DNA of 64,000 nucleotides, from the NCBI GenBank assembly GCA_963977015.1, contig CAXBMO010000009.1:181270-245269 (forward strand), in the 5' to 3' direction. Position numbers and translations under genes: made by a program. A model generated the notes under the pieces. That model was not told where the DNA came from and made no database searches. It saw only the letters and a list, made by a program, of their open reading frames with translations. Positions within the stretch are counted from its first letter, which is position 1. Every line of letters begins with the position of its first letter. Of this stretch, positions 37,665 to 47,580 are shown piece by piece. This DNA comes from an uncultured bacterium (GTDB taxonomy: Bacteria > Verrucomicrobiota > Verrucomicrobiia > Verrucomicrobiales > DEV007).

Positions 37665-38669
37665 ATGCTGCTCTTCATGAGAAAAGCCTCCTTTCCCGCT
37701 CTTGCCTTTTGCATCGCCGCCTTCGCGGTGTTTGCCGCTTTTGCCCTAAATTCCTGCTCGAATTCTCAAGCAGAATCGACCGCAAAGAAGACCAGGATTG
37801 TCCTGATTGCAGGGAAGCCCAGTCATCCTTCGGGACAGCATGAGTTCAATGCCGGTGCCGTGATTCTGGCGCGTGCGCTGAACGAGCAAAGTGGATTGCC
37901 CGTAGAGGTGGATGTGGTCCACAATGGGTGGCCCGAGGATGAGTCCGTTTTTGATGGAGCGAGCGCGGTGGTGATCTATTCGGATGGCAATTCCAGGCAC
38001 CCCGTCAATGGACATGAGGAGAAGATGGACGCGATGATCGATGCCGGGATCGGCCTCATGTGCATGCACTACGGGGTGGAAGTTCCGGCCGGCAAACAAG
38101 GCGAATACTTTAAGAAATGGATCGGGGGTCACTATGAAGCCGGCTTTTCCTGCAATCCGCACTGGACCGCACCGTTGGCAGCCGATTCCAAACATCCGAT
38201 TTCTCAGGGGGTGCCAGCCTTTTCGGCCAACGATGAGTTTTACTACAACATGCGATTTGCCGAGCCCAAAACGGCCAAGGATGTCATCACTTCCACCCCC
38301 ACGCGAGAAAAGATCAATCGCTACATCCATTGGACCCCGGCTGGCGAGAAAGCCCTTGGAACGAAGCAAACCCTCATGTGGGCGATCGAGCGCTCCGACG
38401 GTGGGCGCGGTGTCGGCTTTACCGGCGGACACTGGCACCGAAACTGGGCGATCGACGATTTTCGGCGCGCGGTGTTAAACGCGATCGTGTGGACCGCGAA
38501 GCTTGATGTGCCTGAGGGCGGTGTTCAATCCGAGGCGGTCACCGCGGCCCAGCTCAATGAGAATCTGGACCCGAAGAAGCCGATGGAAGTCATCGCACTT
38601 CCCAGTGCAGCCGATCTCAATCAGCCAGCGGCAAGCCCGATCGATTTCCGGTGGCCGGGCAAAAAATAG
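37665..38669 (+). CDS. ThuA-like (trehalose utilisation / GATase-like) domain protein, exported
   Basis: IVLIAGKPSH...GQHEF, YSDG, MHYGVEV, GGRGVGFTGGHWH, NAIVW; signal peptide (start may be 37677). Confidence 0.8.
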   Translation: MLLFMRKASFPALAFCIAAFAVFAAFALNSCSNSQAESTAKKTRIVLIAGKPSHPSGQHEFNAGAVILARALNEQSGLPVEVDVVHNGWPEDESVFDGASAVVIYSDGNSRHPVNGHEEKMDAMIDAGIGLMCMHYGVEVPAGKQGEYFKKWIGGHYEAGFSCNPHWTAPLAADSKHPISQGVPAFSANDEFYYNMRFAEPKTAKDVITSTPTREKINRYIHWTPAGEKALGTKQTLMWAIERSDGGRGVGFTGGHWHRNWAIDDFRRAVLNAIVWTAKLDVPEGGVQSEAVTAAQLNENLDPKKPMEVIALPSAADLNQPAASPIDFRWPGKK

Positions 38670-38711
38670 CGTTCGTCCGCCTTTCGCCCTCTCGTATTGT
38701 CGCCCCCCCTG

Positions 38712-39068
38712 TTACGGCTTTCCAACGCCTGAGAGGAACTCGTAGTAGTCTGGATTCAAATCCTTGAGTGGCTCTTTCAGCTTCTCAAGTTCAGCCGTAG
38801 GTCCGTGCACTTCGACTCGCACCAAATCGGAAACCTGAAGCGCTTGACCAATGACTGCCTCGACGTTGCCAAGGTGTGTCAGTAACCCTTCAGCTCCGTC
38901 GTAGGCTTCCCGGCAATGAACCACGTCGCCACAAACGGTGAAGTCATACCAATGGCATTTCTCCTCAGTGCTCGTTGCTGCGATGAACTTGGGAATGAGT
39001 TGCTTGAATGCTTCAAGCTTCCCTTCGTGGGTTTTGAAATAGGGGTGAATGCTGACAACGTTGCTCAT
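38712..39068 (-). CDS. Dimeric alpha-beta barrel protein (ABM/monooxygenase-like)
   Basis: SIHPYFK...EEKCHWYDF...CREAY...HL...VEVHGP; ATG 39068 preferred. Confidence 0.7.
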   Translation of the reverse strand: MSNVVSIHPYFKTHEGKLEAFKQLIPKFIAATSTEEKCHWYDFTVCGDVVHCREAYDGAEGLLTHLGNVEAVIGQALQVSDLVRVEVHGPTAELEKLKEPLKDLNPDYYEFLSGVGKP

Positions 39069-39145
39069 GCAACTTCCTTTGAACGTGAACCAAGCCGAGG
39101 TCAAGAATGGTTCCCAAGATCAGCGACCTTTTGCTGGTTCCCGCG

Positions 39146-40171
39146 TTACTCCTTTACCACCCGGAATCCGGTGTAAACCGATGCGTCCTTTGCCTCGGCA
39201 AAGGTCCGAATGGAGCTCCTGACGGCGGCAGGCGCGCAAGTCCACGCCCCACCCCGAACGGAACGCCAATCCCCGTATTCATGTTGCGCCGTCTTCTCTT
39301 CAAAGAGTGGATCCGTAACAACGACGTCTTTGCGCTCGGTGCGTTTGACGCCCTCGAAATAGGTATCGTAGAGATCGCCTTTCCAGCGGTCCTCGCACCA
39401 TTCCCAAACATTGCCGTGCATATCGTGCAACTTCCAGGGGTTCGGCAGATAGCTGGCGACTTTAGCCGTCAGGGCAACGCCGTCACCTTCATCCGCGCCA
39501 AGCCGGAGCGCCCGTTGGAACTGGGTGGTCTTCGGAAACCGGGATTCCAAGGCACCATCGGCAACATTGCCATGTTTGTAGGCATCATCGGGTTGCTCGC
39601 CCCAGGAATACCAGGTTTCGGTGCCTGCGCGACAAGCGTATTCCCACTCAGCCTCGGTTGGAAGACGATAGTTTTTCCCCTCCTTTTTGCTCAACCAAGC
39701 GCAGAACGCCTTGGCGTCCTCCCAACTCACACAAACCACGGGATGATCGCCCGTTTGCTCAAAACCCGGTGACTTCCAAGTGACACCCGGCTCCAAATGA
39801 AAGCGGTCCACATAGTCTTTTTCATCCGGAAACCAGCCCAATGCCCCTTTCCCGGATTTTTCCGCAGTGGTGACATAACCAGAATCCTCGACAAAGGCCT
39901 TGAACTGGCTCACCGTCACCTCCGTCTTCGCAATCGAAAACGGATTGGAAATCTTCACCCGATGTTGAGGCGTTTCTCGCCCCGTGTTCTGGGACAGGCT
40001 GTAGAGATGAACGAGCGCAAAGTGATGGGCCTCATTGCCGTCAACAAATCCCCGCACATATTCCCCGGGTTCGATTGGCACAAATTCCATGCCGATGGAA
40101 TTGGGCTCAGCAAGAACGGTAGCCTGGATTCCAAGCAGACTGGCGAAAACAAAATGGAGAACTGCGCGCAT
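39146..40171 (-). CDS. Formylglycine-generating enzyme (SUMF1/EgtB/PvdO) fold protein
   Basis: TEVT, HPVVCVSWEDA, RLPTEAEWEYACRAG, DMHGNVWEW, RGGAW, GFRV; signal peptide. Confidence 0.9.
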   Translation of the reverse strand: MRAVLHFVFASLLGIQATVLAEPNSIGMEFVPIEPGEYVRGFVDGNEAHHFALVHLYSLSQNTGRETPQHRVKISNPFSIAKTEVTVSQFKAFVEDSGYVTTAEKSGKGALGWFPDEKDYVDRFHLEPGVTWKSPGFEQTGDHPVVCVSWEDAKAFCAWLSKKEGKNYRLPTEAEWEYACRAGTETWYSWGEQPDDAYKHGNVADGALESRFPKTTQFQRALRLGADEGDGVALTAKVASYLPNPWKLHDMHGNVWEWCEDRWKGDLYDTYFEGVKRTERKDVVVTDPLFEEKTAQHEYGDWRSVRGGAWTCAPAAVRSSIRTFAEAKDASVYTGFRVVKE

Positions 40172-40177
40172 CTGCTC

Positions 40178-41497
40178 TTATCCCACCAGTTCACGAATCA
40201 CGCCGCGGCTATCCTGAAATGAATCGCCGGTCTCAACCCCCATCTTCTCCACCATCGTTTGCCAGAGGGAAGAGAGCGGGGTGTTTTCTCTGAGTTGGAC
40301 GTGGGTTTGGTGCTTGATGCCCAAACCGCTTCCTCCGGAGAGCACGGTGGGCAGGTTGGTCTTGCTGTGACCAATTCCCATGCCGCTGGAGAACCCGAGC
40401 ATGGTATGATCCAGCAGCGTTCCGTCGCCATCCTTGACCGAAGCAAGGCGATTGAGGAAGTGATTCCAATGCTTCATATAGATGGTGTCGACTTTGGCCA
40501 ACTCCTCCAGGTTCTTCGGATCGTTTCCGTGGTGGGTCAGCGAATGATAGCCTTTGGAAACCCCAAATTCCGGATACACACCGCCGGCTAATTCCGTGCG
40601 AACGACGTAGCTGATAACGCGGGTCGAATCCGACTGGAAGGCAAGCGCGATCAGATCATACATCAGCTTCGCGTAGTCATCGTAAATGAACTTCCCATTC
40701 CCTTCAGGAGAAATTGCGGAATCATAATCGCCGTAGCCGTTCAGGTTGGGTTCGGGCTTCGGCTTATCAGACCAAGCGATTTCACGTTCCAAGCCCTTCT
40801 CCACTTCGCGAACGGAATTGAAGTACTGATCCAGCTGTTCGCGGTCTGCTTTTCCCAATCTCCCTTCCAACTGCCTGGCGTCCCCCATCACCGCGTCCAA
40901 CACGCTTCCACGCTGACGAAATTCATGTTTCTGCGCGGCCTGCTGTTCCTCGCTGTTTGGCCGAAAGAGTCGATTGAAGATCGTCTTGGGATCGTTTTCC
41001 GCCGCCAGCGGGACTCCCTGTCCGTTCCAGGAAATGGTCGCCAAGGCCTGGCTTCCAAATCCGGTTCCGCGTTTCACCGAAAACTGGAGGGACGGAAAAC
41101 GCGTTTCTACCCCGTGAAGCTCAGCCGCCAATTGATCGGGAGACATGATCTGCTTGGCACCGCGCTCGATTGACGTGGAGAAGGGATACGCGCCTTCGTG
41201 TCCCCCACCCTTTTCCAGGCAGGTTCCCGAAAGCACCGTGAAATTCCCACGCTGTTGTTCCAACGGCTTCAGGATTCGCGACATCTTCGCATCAATCCCA
41301 ACACCCTCCGGATAAAACTGGCGCATGTTCATGCCGGTTCCGAAGTAAAACATCCCCATCCGCGGCGTGACGTTGGGTGACGAAGCAGCCCGCAGGCCTG
41401 TCGGCATCATGGCTTCCAGAAACGGCAAGGCCAGAGTTGCCCCCGCGCCACGAAGGAAGGTTCGGCGGGGAAGCGGTGAACGAGTTTGGATGTTCAT
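40178..41497 (-). CDS. DUF1552 (HXXSHH) family protein
   Basis: Twin-Arg RRTFLRGAGATLALPFLEAM, SVLD, REVE, DSTRV, YHSLTHH, GTLLD. Confidence 0.88.
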   Translation of the reverse strand: MNIQTRSPLPRRTFLRGAGATLALPFLEAMMPTGLRAASSPNVTPRMGMFYFGTGMNMRQFYPEGVGIDAKMSRILKPLEQQRGNFTVLSGTCLEKGGGHEGAYPFSTSIERGAKQIMSPDQLAAELHGVETRFPSLQFSVKRGTGFGSQALATISWNGQGVPLAAENDPKTIFNRLFRPNSEEQQAAQKHEFRQRGSVLDAVMGDARQLEGRLGKADREQLDQYFNSVREVEKGLEREIAWSDKPKPEPNLNGYGDYDSAISPEGNGKFIYDDYAKLMYDLIALAFQSDSTRVISYVVRTELAGGVYPEFGVSKGYHSLTHHGNDPKNLEELAKVDTIYMKHWNHFLNRLASVKDGDGTLLDHTMLGFSSGMGIGHSKTNLPTVLSGGSGLGIKHQTHVQLRENTPLSSLWQTMVEKMGVETGDSFQDSRGVIRELVG

Positions 41498-41520
41498 GGG
41501 ATTGAGATTGAACGATGTGG

Positions 41521-44022
41521 TTATTTCTCGAGAAATTGCGGACTCGCGACGAGGCTCTTGATCAAGGCTTGAAAGGTGTCGCCATCCTGTTTCATGGAAT
41601 TGACGGCCGTGCTGAGCGTGGAATCGTCAGTTGGCTCCGTGGGGCGTCCCAACGCGAAAACAAGGACCTTTTCCGCCAAGCCCCGGCGAAACCGATCACT
41701 CTGGTCGTAGAGCAAGGCCTTGAACTCCTCAAAGGAAGTGAACGTTTCCCCGTTGGGAAGTTTGCCGCTTGGATCAATGGGCGGCGTATTTGAGCCGCGG
41801 AAATTTTCCCCGTCCTGCTGTTCGCGCCAGGAACCTATCACATTGAAGTTCTCCAACGCGAGGCCATAAGGGTCGAGCGAACGGTGACAGGCCGCGCAGG
41901 TTTCGATCTCCTGATGCTGGATCAATCGCTCCCGCACGGTAAGTTTTTTGCCCTGTATGTTGGGCTCCACCTCGCCCGCGTTTGGTGGCGGCGGATCTGG
42001 CGGATCATTGAAAAGGACTTCGCGCACGTAAACGGCACGGGAAACCGGTTTGGTGCGAATTCCGTCCGCGCCAGCCAGATGCACGCCCATCATTCCCAGC
42101 AATCCGCCACGCGGAGAGTCCGCCGGGAGCGCAACCGGTCTGAAGTGGTCGCCGTCCACGCCCTCGATTTGGTAGTGCCTCGCCAAACGCTTGTTCACGA
42201 CGGCAAATTCCGAATCGATAAAGTTCAGCACGCTCTTCTTTTCCTTCAGCAAAACGCGGAAAAACTCGAGCGGTTCCTGAACCGCAGCCTTCCCAAGCGT
42301 GTAGTCGTAATCTCGGTAAACACGTTCGTTGGGCTCGAAGGCTGAAAACGTATCGGTCCGTAGCCATTGAGCGCCGAATCCTTCCACAAAGCGATCGAAC
42401 TTCGGATCTTCAAGCATGCGATCGATCTGATCCTGCAGCGCCCCGGGATTGCGAAGTTTGCCTGCCTCGGCCAAATCGAACAAGTCGTCATCAGGCATCG
42501 AATTCCAGAGGAAATACGACAACCGCGATGCCAGCTCAAAATCATTCAAAGGCCGCTTCTCCGTCTTTGCCGACGGCTCAACGATGTAGAGAAACTTCGG
42601 CGACGTGAGAGCAACGGTGAGACCAACACGAATGGCGTCGTTGAAATCCTGACCGTTTTCCAATTCGGTTTTGACCACGGACACGATGGGATCGACCTCG
42701 GTGGAGGAGATGGGGCGACGCCAGGCTTTCGGCAGAAACCGCGTGAAGATTTCGCGGGCGTAATCGATGCTCTGCTCTGCATCATCGCCCTTGAACAAAA
42801 GCGTGGTGTGGCTCTTGGGCGGCCATTGATCGTAGAGCGGGCCTTCAACCTCGATGTAGTCGAGAAAAACGCGATGGTATTTGGTGATGTCCAGCTTCTC
42901 GGGATCCGGAGTCGAGCGCTCTCCATCCCAACCTTCCGCCGTTTTCCGACCGGAGAGTCGAATGGTCTCCGTGAAGTCGCCCTTCGAACCCACCTCGCTA
43001 TTTCGGCGCATGAACGCCTCGCCCGGCCGTTGGCTCATGTTGAGGCTGGTTCCGTTGAGAATCGACACATTGACCTCGCCGCCCAATTTGTCTCGCGGAA
43101 CCACAATGGAGTATTCCCTGGGTTGATCCCAGGGCACCTCGACGTCAAATTCCATGATGGTTCGCTGCGTTTCATCCGGATGCGCCTGGGAAACTCGCAA
43201 CCGGGGGAGCGTTCCATCCTCGCCCCTGTGTGCTCCGACGCGAACCGTGAACCGGTAGAATCCGCTCGTCGGCGTGGTTTTGTTGGTATCGGGATACTTG
43301 AGGCGCGCAAAGGAGCGCGTTGACCCATCGATCAGCCGCAAACCGCCCTCAACGGGTTGCATGCCCAAACTCCTGACTTGATAGCGGATCGCCGTGTTCT
43401 GGGCAATTTCCTCAAACTCCATCCGCATCGTCTCAGTGGGAAACTCCGGCGGACCATCGACGATCGCGCGATCGGCAATTTGCCGGGCCACCTCGTAGTA
43501 GTTGTGCATGAGCGAGGGATCGAGAAGGAGCGCGGCGCTGACTTTGTCGAATCCCTCAGCGGTTCCATCCGGCGGCAGAACCTCGAGCGGGCTTTTTCCG
43601 GTTGGAAACTTCATCGAAAGCAGATCGGAAACCGTGTGCGTGTATTCGTGTCGATTCATCCGTCGCATCAGCACGCTGCCTCCCGTGCTGATGGCCAGCC
43701 GCTCAGCTTCGCGCAGATTTCCAGCAATCCAGCGCGAAACCGTTTCCGAATGCTCAATTTCCGGCAGCGGCTCATCATCCGGCGGCATCTCGCCGAGATT
43801 GATCTTGTCCCGAATTTCGATCCAAGCCGCTGCGGTGCTTCGGTCAGTGAAGTCCTCGCCCAGCTTGTCGACCCGGAAGTCTCCCTTCTGTTTCTTCGGC
43901 CCGTGACACTGCACACAATGTTCCTGCAGATAGGGCTGAATCTCCTTTTGAAACGCCGAGGAATCCGCGATTACCACCGAAGCAGCACTCGCGAACCAAC
44001 AACCAATGAGGGTTTTAATCAT
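41521..44022 (-). CDS. Planctomycete-type cytochrome c protein with DUF1587/1595/1592/1588/1585 domains
   Basis: CVQCH and CAACH heme motifs, RRMNRHEY, ELASRLSYFLWNSMPD, RGGLLG, ALGR; ATG 44022 gives a signal peptide; upstream of DUF1552 as is typical. Confidence 0.88.
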   Translation of the reverse strand: MIKTLIGCWFASAASVVIADSSAFQKEIQPYLQEHCVQCHGPKKQKGDFRVDKLGEDFTDRSTAAAWIEIRDKINLGEMPPDDEPLPEIEHSETVSRWIAGNLREAERLAISTGGSVLMRRMNRHEYTHTVSDLLSMKFPTGKSPLEVLPPDGTAEGFDKVSAALLLDPSLMHNYYEVARQIADRAIVDGPPEFPTETMRMEFEEIAQNTAIRYQVRSLGMQPVEGGLRLIDGSTRSFARLKYPDTNKTTPTSGFYRFTVRVGAHRGEDGTLPRLRVSQAHPDETQRTIMEFDVEVPWDQPREYSIVVPRDKLGGEVNVSILNGTSLNMSQRPGEAFMRRNSEVGSKGDFTETIRLSGRKTAEGWDGERSTPDPEKLDITKYHRVFLDYIEVEGPLYDQWPPKSHTTLLFKGDDAEQSIDYAREIFTRFLPKAWRRPISSTEVDPIVSVVKTELENGQDFNDAIRVGLTVALTSPKFLYIVEPSAKTEKRPLNDFELASRLSYFLWNSMPDDDLFDLAEAGKLRNPGALQDQIDRMLEDPKFDRFVEGFGAQWLRTDTFSAFEPNERVYRDYDYTLGKAAVQEPLEFFRVLLKEKKSVLNFIDSEFAVVNKRLARHYQIEGVDGDHFRPVALPADSPRGGLLGMMGVHLAGADGIRTKPVSRAVYVREVLFNDPPDPPPPNAGEVEPNIQGKKLTVRERLIQHQEIETCAACHRSLDPYGLALENFNVIGSWREQQDGENFRGSNTPPIDPSGKLPNGETFTSFEEFKALLYDQSDRFRRGLAEKVLVFALGRPTEPTDDSTLSTAVNSMKQDGDTFQALIKSLVASPQFLEK

Positions 44023-44185
44023 TTTGGCCACCGGCAACTTAGATCCAAAAGTTTCCAGAGCGTTCGATCTCCGAGACAGATATTCCCCCTCGGGTTCGCC
44101 TCCCGGTTTCACGGGAACCGTGTGATTGATCCTCGTCTCCGGACCGGCACGGCGAAGCGCTCCAGTCCTGACCAAGGCGCCGAAA

Positions 44186-44833
44186 TTACAGCGTCTTCAA
44201 CATCACATTGCGGAACCAAACCGGATGTCCATGATACTGGAATCCGATATGGCCTGAGCGCGGAAGATCTTTGAGGGCCGTCTTGAATTTGTTCTTCGTT
44301 CCATCGGGATTCAGATTCGCCGTGTCCCATTCGTCGATATTCGCCTCGATTACGGTTTTCCCGTTCAGCACCACCGTGATCATTGGCCCCTTGCAGGTCA
44401 GCGTCATTTTGTTCCACTCTCCATCAGGCTTGCCAGCAGCCTCGGCTGGTTCCATGGCATCATAAAGGGACCCAACCACGTGCTTGCCGGAGTAAATTCC
44501 CGCCGATGCGACCTGGATCTCAAAGCCTCCCTGCACCGCGTTCTTCGGATTGGTGCGAAAAAAGACTCCGCTGTTGCACTTCTCGGAAGTCTTGTACTCC
44601 ACGGAAAGTTCAAAATTCTCGTAAGGCTCTTTGGACCAAATGTAGCCGCCCGGCTTGTCCGAAACGGCCAATTCGCCATCCTGAACCACCCACGCTCCCT
44701 CCTTGTCGAGCGTCCAGTGACTCAACCCCTCCGCCAAAAGATCAACCGAGCCGTCTTCCGCCATCACGACCGGAGTCGCCAATGGGCAAAGTAGCAAAGA
44801 ACAGGTGAGGAGGGACAAGAAGGAGTTTTTCAT
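44186..44833 (-). CDS. DUF1080 (3-keto-disaccharide hydrolase-like) protein
   Basis: YENFEL, NSGVFFR, FEIQV, GSLYD, GEWN, GHIGFQYHG, WFRN; signal peptide. Confidence 0.88.
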   Translation of the reverse strand: MKNSFLSLLTCSLLLCPLATPVVMAEDGSVDLLAEGLSHWTLDKEGAWVVQDGELAVSDKPGGYIWSKEPYENFELSVEYKTSEKCNSGVFFRTNPKNAVQGGFEIQVASAGIYSGKHVVGSLYDAMEPAEAAGKPDGEWNKMTLTCKGPMITVVLNGKTVIEANIDEWDTANLNPDGTKNKFKTALKDLPRSGHIGFQYHGHPVWFRNVMLKTL

Positions 44834-45017
44834 TGTAGATGTAGAAGTCATTGGTAAGAATTTTTGCCATACGGCGGGAGGACATAGGCACGCGATTGGC
44901 TATGAGCAAGCACTTCGCGATGCAGCACTTTCGTTCACACTTTTTTGCCATGCCCAATCAAAGCGTGAAGAATGTCGCCACGATTGAGGTTTCTGACCGC
45001 TACTGTTGCCTCCGACG

Positions 45018-46118
45018 CTAGATTGCCGTCGAGCCATCCGCCAACCACATCGCGGCATCCGGCCATAATCGGTGATGCGCTTTGCGGCTTACTGCCAGCC
45101 CGATGTGTCCGGCGTTGATCGACATCTCCCGCCAATGCTGCGTGCCAATATGATCCCTTAACGCCAGGGTGGCTTCGGGCGAAACCAAGTGATCGGAGTC
45201 GGCAGTCAATGCCAGCACCGGATTGGTAATCTGCCCGAGATCGACATTTTCACCAGCCAACCGGAATTCTCCCTTCACCAGTTGGTTTTTCTGATACAAG
45301 CACTTCACGAACTCCCGAAACGTTTCTCCGGCAACCGGGATGTTGTCATTTCCCCAGCGCTCCATCGCAAGGAAGTTTTCAATAAAGCGTTCATCGTGCA
45401 AGCGATCGTAAAACGTCGAGTATTTCTGCAGGTAGTTGTTCACAGGTTTCATCATCTGGAACGTCGTTTGCAGAAAGGAGCCCGGGCAATTGCCGTAGGT
45501 ATCGATCAAGGTATCGACGTCGAAATTCGCTTCCTCCGTCCATACATTGAGAAGGCTCTTGCGATCACTGAAATCGATTGGAGCAGCCATCAGGATCAAG
45601 TTCCGGATCAACTCCGGATACCGTGCGTTGAACATGGTCGAGAAGGTCCCTCCCATGCAGTAGCCCAGCAGATTCAACTGATCGCTCTGGGTTTCGTCGC
45701 ACACAAAATCCGCCACGTTCTTCATCAATCCACACACATAATCCTTGATCCGCATGGTACGATCCGCGGCGGTGGGGATTCCCCAGTCAATCAGATACAC
45801 ATCGAACCCGCGTTTGAGGTATTGTCGAACGACGCTTCGATCGGTCTGCAGGTCCAGGATGTAGGGCCGATTGACCAGCGCAAAGCATACCAGGAGTGGT
45901 TCGGCGAAATCCACTCCGTGTTCATTGCGATAGTGCAACAACTTCAGGGAGTCTTCCTCATAGACCACGTCATGCGGGGCGGCTGTCGCGTCCAGATCAC
46001 GATAGACATTGGGAATCGTGGGCACATTTATCATCCGCCCCCATGCGTTAAAGTATTCCTGCTGCATTTGCTTCTGGACATCCAGAAACATGTTCAACAT
46101 CGGATTTTGCGGGATCAT
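45018..46118 (-). CDS. phaC: Class III polyhydroxyalkanoate synthase subunit PhaC
   Basis: ALVNRPYILDLQ, YLIDWG, lipase box GYCMGG, catalytic Asp (DSDHLV) and His (AGHIG); ~360 aa. Confidence 0.92.
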   Translation of the reverse strand: MIPQNPMLNMFLDVQKQMQQEYFNAWGRMINVPTIPNVYRDLDATAAPHDVVYEEDSLKLLHYRNEHGVDFAEPLLVCFALVNRPYILDLQTDRSVVRQYLKRGFDVYLIDWGIPTAADRTMRIKDYVCGLMKNVADFVCDETQSDQLNLLGYCMGGTFSTMFNARYPELIRNLILMAAPIDFSDRKSLLNVWTEEANFDVDTLIDTYGNCPGSFLQTTFQMMKPVNNYLQKYSTFYDRLHDERFIENFLAMERWGNDNIPVAGETFREFVKCLYQKNQLVKGEFRLAGENVDLGQITNPVLALTADSDHLVSPEATLALRDHIGTQHWREMSINAGHIGLAVSRKAHHRLWPDAAMWLADGSTAI

Positions 46119-46159
46119 AAGAGTATTGGGTTAGGGGTAAGATGTTGCGAAGCCGGAAA

Positions 46160-46939
46160 TCAGCCCATGTTCATTCCTCCATTCACGGCCAAGGTATGTC
46201 CGGTTATATAGGCCGCCGCCGGCGAGCAGAGAAATGCCACTGCCGCCGCAATTTCGCGGGGTTCCGCCAAACGGCCGACCGGTGTCATATCAATCACGGA
46301 CTTCATCGCTTTTTCGGGAACCTCTTTCGTCATCCTGGTGTTCACAAACCCCGGCGCAATGGCATTCACGGTAACCCCTTTGGACGCAAATTCCCGGGCC
46401 AGCGTTTTGGTGAAACCAATCACTCCGGCCTTGGCCGCGGCATAGTTGGCCTGGCCAAAATTCCCGACCTCACCCACGATGCTGCTGATACTTACAATTC
46501 GTCCCCAGCCGTTTTCCGCCATGCCGTCTGCAAATTGTTTCGTCACCATGAAAACTCCGGTCAGGTTGACGGCGATCACCGCGTCCCACATCTCCTTGTT
46601 CATCTTTCTGAAGGAGCGGTCTCTGGTGATACCGGCGTTGTTGACCAAGATATCGACGTTGGGGAACACTTCGCGAATCTCCTCGCCCATTGCCTCAACC
46701 TCGTCCTCCTTGGCGACGTCATGCGAACAATAAGTGGATTTGCGCCCCATGTCCTCGATGCGGCGTGTCACATCTTCGGCAAACTTGCATCCAGTATAAC
46801 AGGTGATTCCCACATCCGCGCCCAACGCCGCCAACGTGAGCGCGATGGAACGGCCAATACCGCGTGAACCGCCGGTCACGACTGCGGTTTTGCCTGCCAG
46901 TCCCCAACCGTTTTCAAAATCAAAGTGCTCTTTGTCCAT
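46160..46939 (-). CDS. phaB: Acetoacetyl-CoA reductase (SDR)
   Basis: TGGSRGIG, NNAGITRD, GNFGQANYAAAK, AVNGGM; PHA context. Confidence 0.87.
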   Translation of the reverse strand: MDKEHFDFENGWGLAGKTAVVTGGSRGIGRSIALTLAALGADVGITCYTGCKFAEDVTRRIEDMGRKSTYCSHDVAKEDEVEAMGEEIREVFPNVDILVNNAGITRDRSFRKMNKEMWDAVIAVNLTGVFMVTKQFADGMAENGWGRIVSISSIVGEVGNFGQANYAAAKAGVIGFTKTLAREFASKGVTVNAIAPGFVNTRMTKEVPEKAMKSVIDMTPVGRLAEPREIAAAVAFLCSPAAAYITGHTLAVNGGMNMG

Positions 46940-46974
46940 GGATTAGCTTTGGTTGAATCTTCCAAAATGAGTTT

Positions 46975-47547
46975 CTACGACTTCCTGGCTCGCGCCCGCT
47001 TGGTGGAAGCGGACTTTGTGGCCGCCTTCTTCTTCGGTTTGGCGCGTGAGCGACTCGGGCCTGCCCCACTCCCCGAGCCTGACTCCGCCTTCCCCGGAAC
47101 GAGGCCATCCAGCGTCGCCTCCATCCTGTCCAACCGGGAATGCAATTGGTTCAGGCGTAAGAGGATGGTCTCCTCCGCGCTGTGCAATCGCTCGAACAGT
47201 CCACTGATGTCATCGACGGTCGGGATACTGCAATTGCGAGCCACTTCCTGACTGAAATTGTTGACCTGCTCCTTGGACTTCGTCACCGCGTCAGAGTTGT
47301 GACGCATCCATTGAAGGAAGATCGGGCTGCGCATGAAGGCGTCGATACTCTGCCCCATACTGTCCATCCACTGCCCTCGAAATTTCTCGTAGGCGTCTGC
47401 GGGATTCATGCCGTCCGAAAACCCGTGCATCATTCGCTCCGTATTCTGGGAAGTCTGCTCGGAGTAAGATGTCCACATGTCCATGAAGGGTTTGAACATG
47501 GGGTTGTCAAAGCCGTAGGGTGAGCCGTTTCTGTTAGTTTCAGGCAT
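46975..47547 (-). CDS. phaE: Short PhaE-like PHA synthase subunit with basic C-terminal tail
   Basis: Helical; W...MRSPIF...IPTVDDI..LFERL pattern; in operon with class III phaC; K/A/R-rich tail. Confidence 0.65.
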   Translation of the reverse strand: MPETNRNGSPYGFDNPMFKPFMDMWTSYSEQTSQNTERMMHGFSDGMNPADAYEKFRGQWMDSMGQSIDAFMRSPIFLQWMRHNSDAVTKSKEQVNNFSQEVARNCSIPTVDDISGLFERLHSAEETILLRLNQLHSRLDRMEATLDGLVPGKAESGSGSGAGPSRSRAKPKKKAATKSASTKRARARKS

Positions 47548-47580
47548 GATGCGATGAAGTTGATTTTGAAGTAAGCGTTT

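Noticed and set aside
39146-40171. Diversity-generating retroelement target or TagR ortholog
   Set aside because: No reverse transcriptase or template repeat was seen, and the gene belongs to the DUF1552 run, separated from the kinase locus.
44886-44901. Sigma-54-like GG-N10-GC element
   Set aside because: It points toward the 3' end of convergent phaC with no gene to drive, and the match is imperfect.
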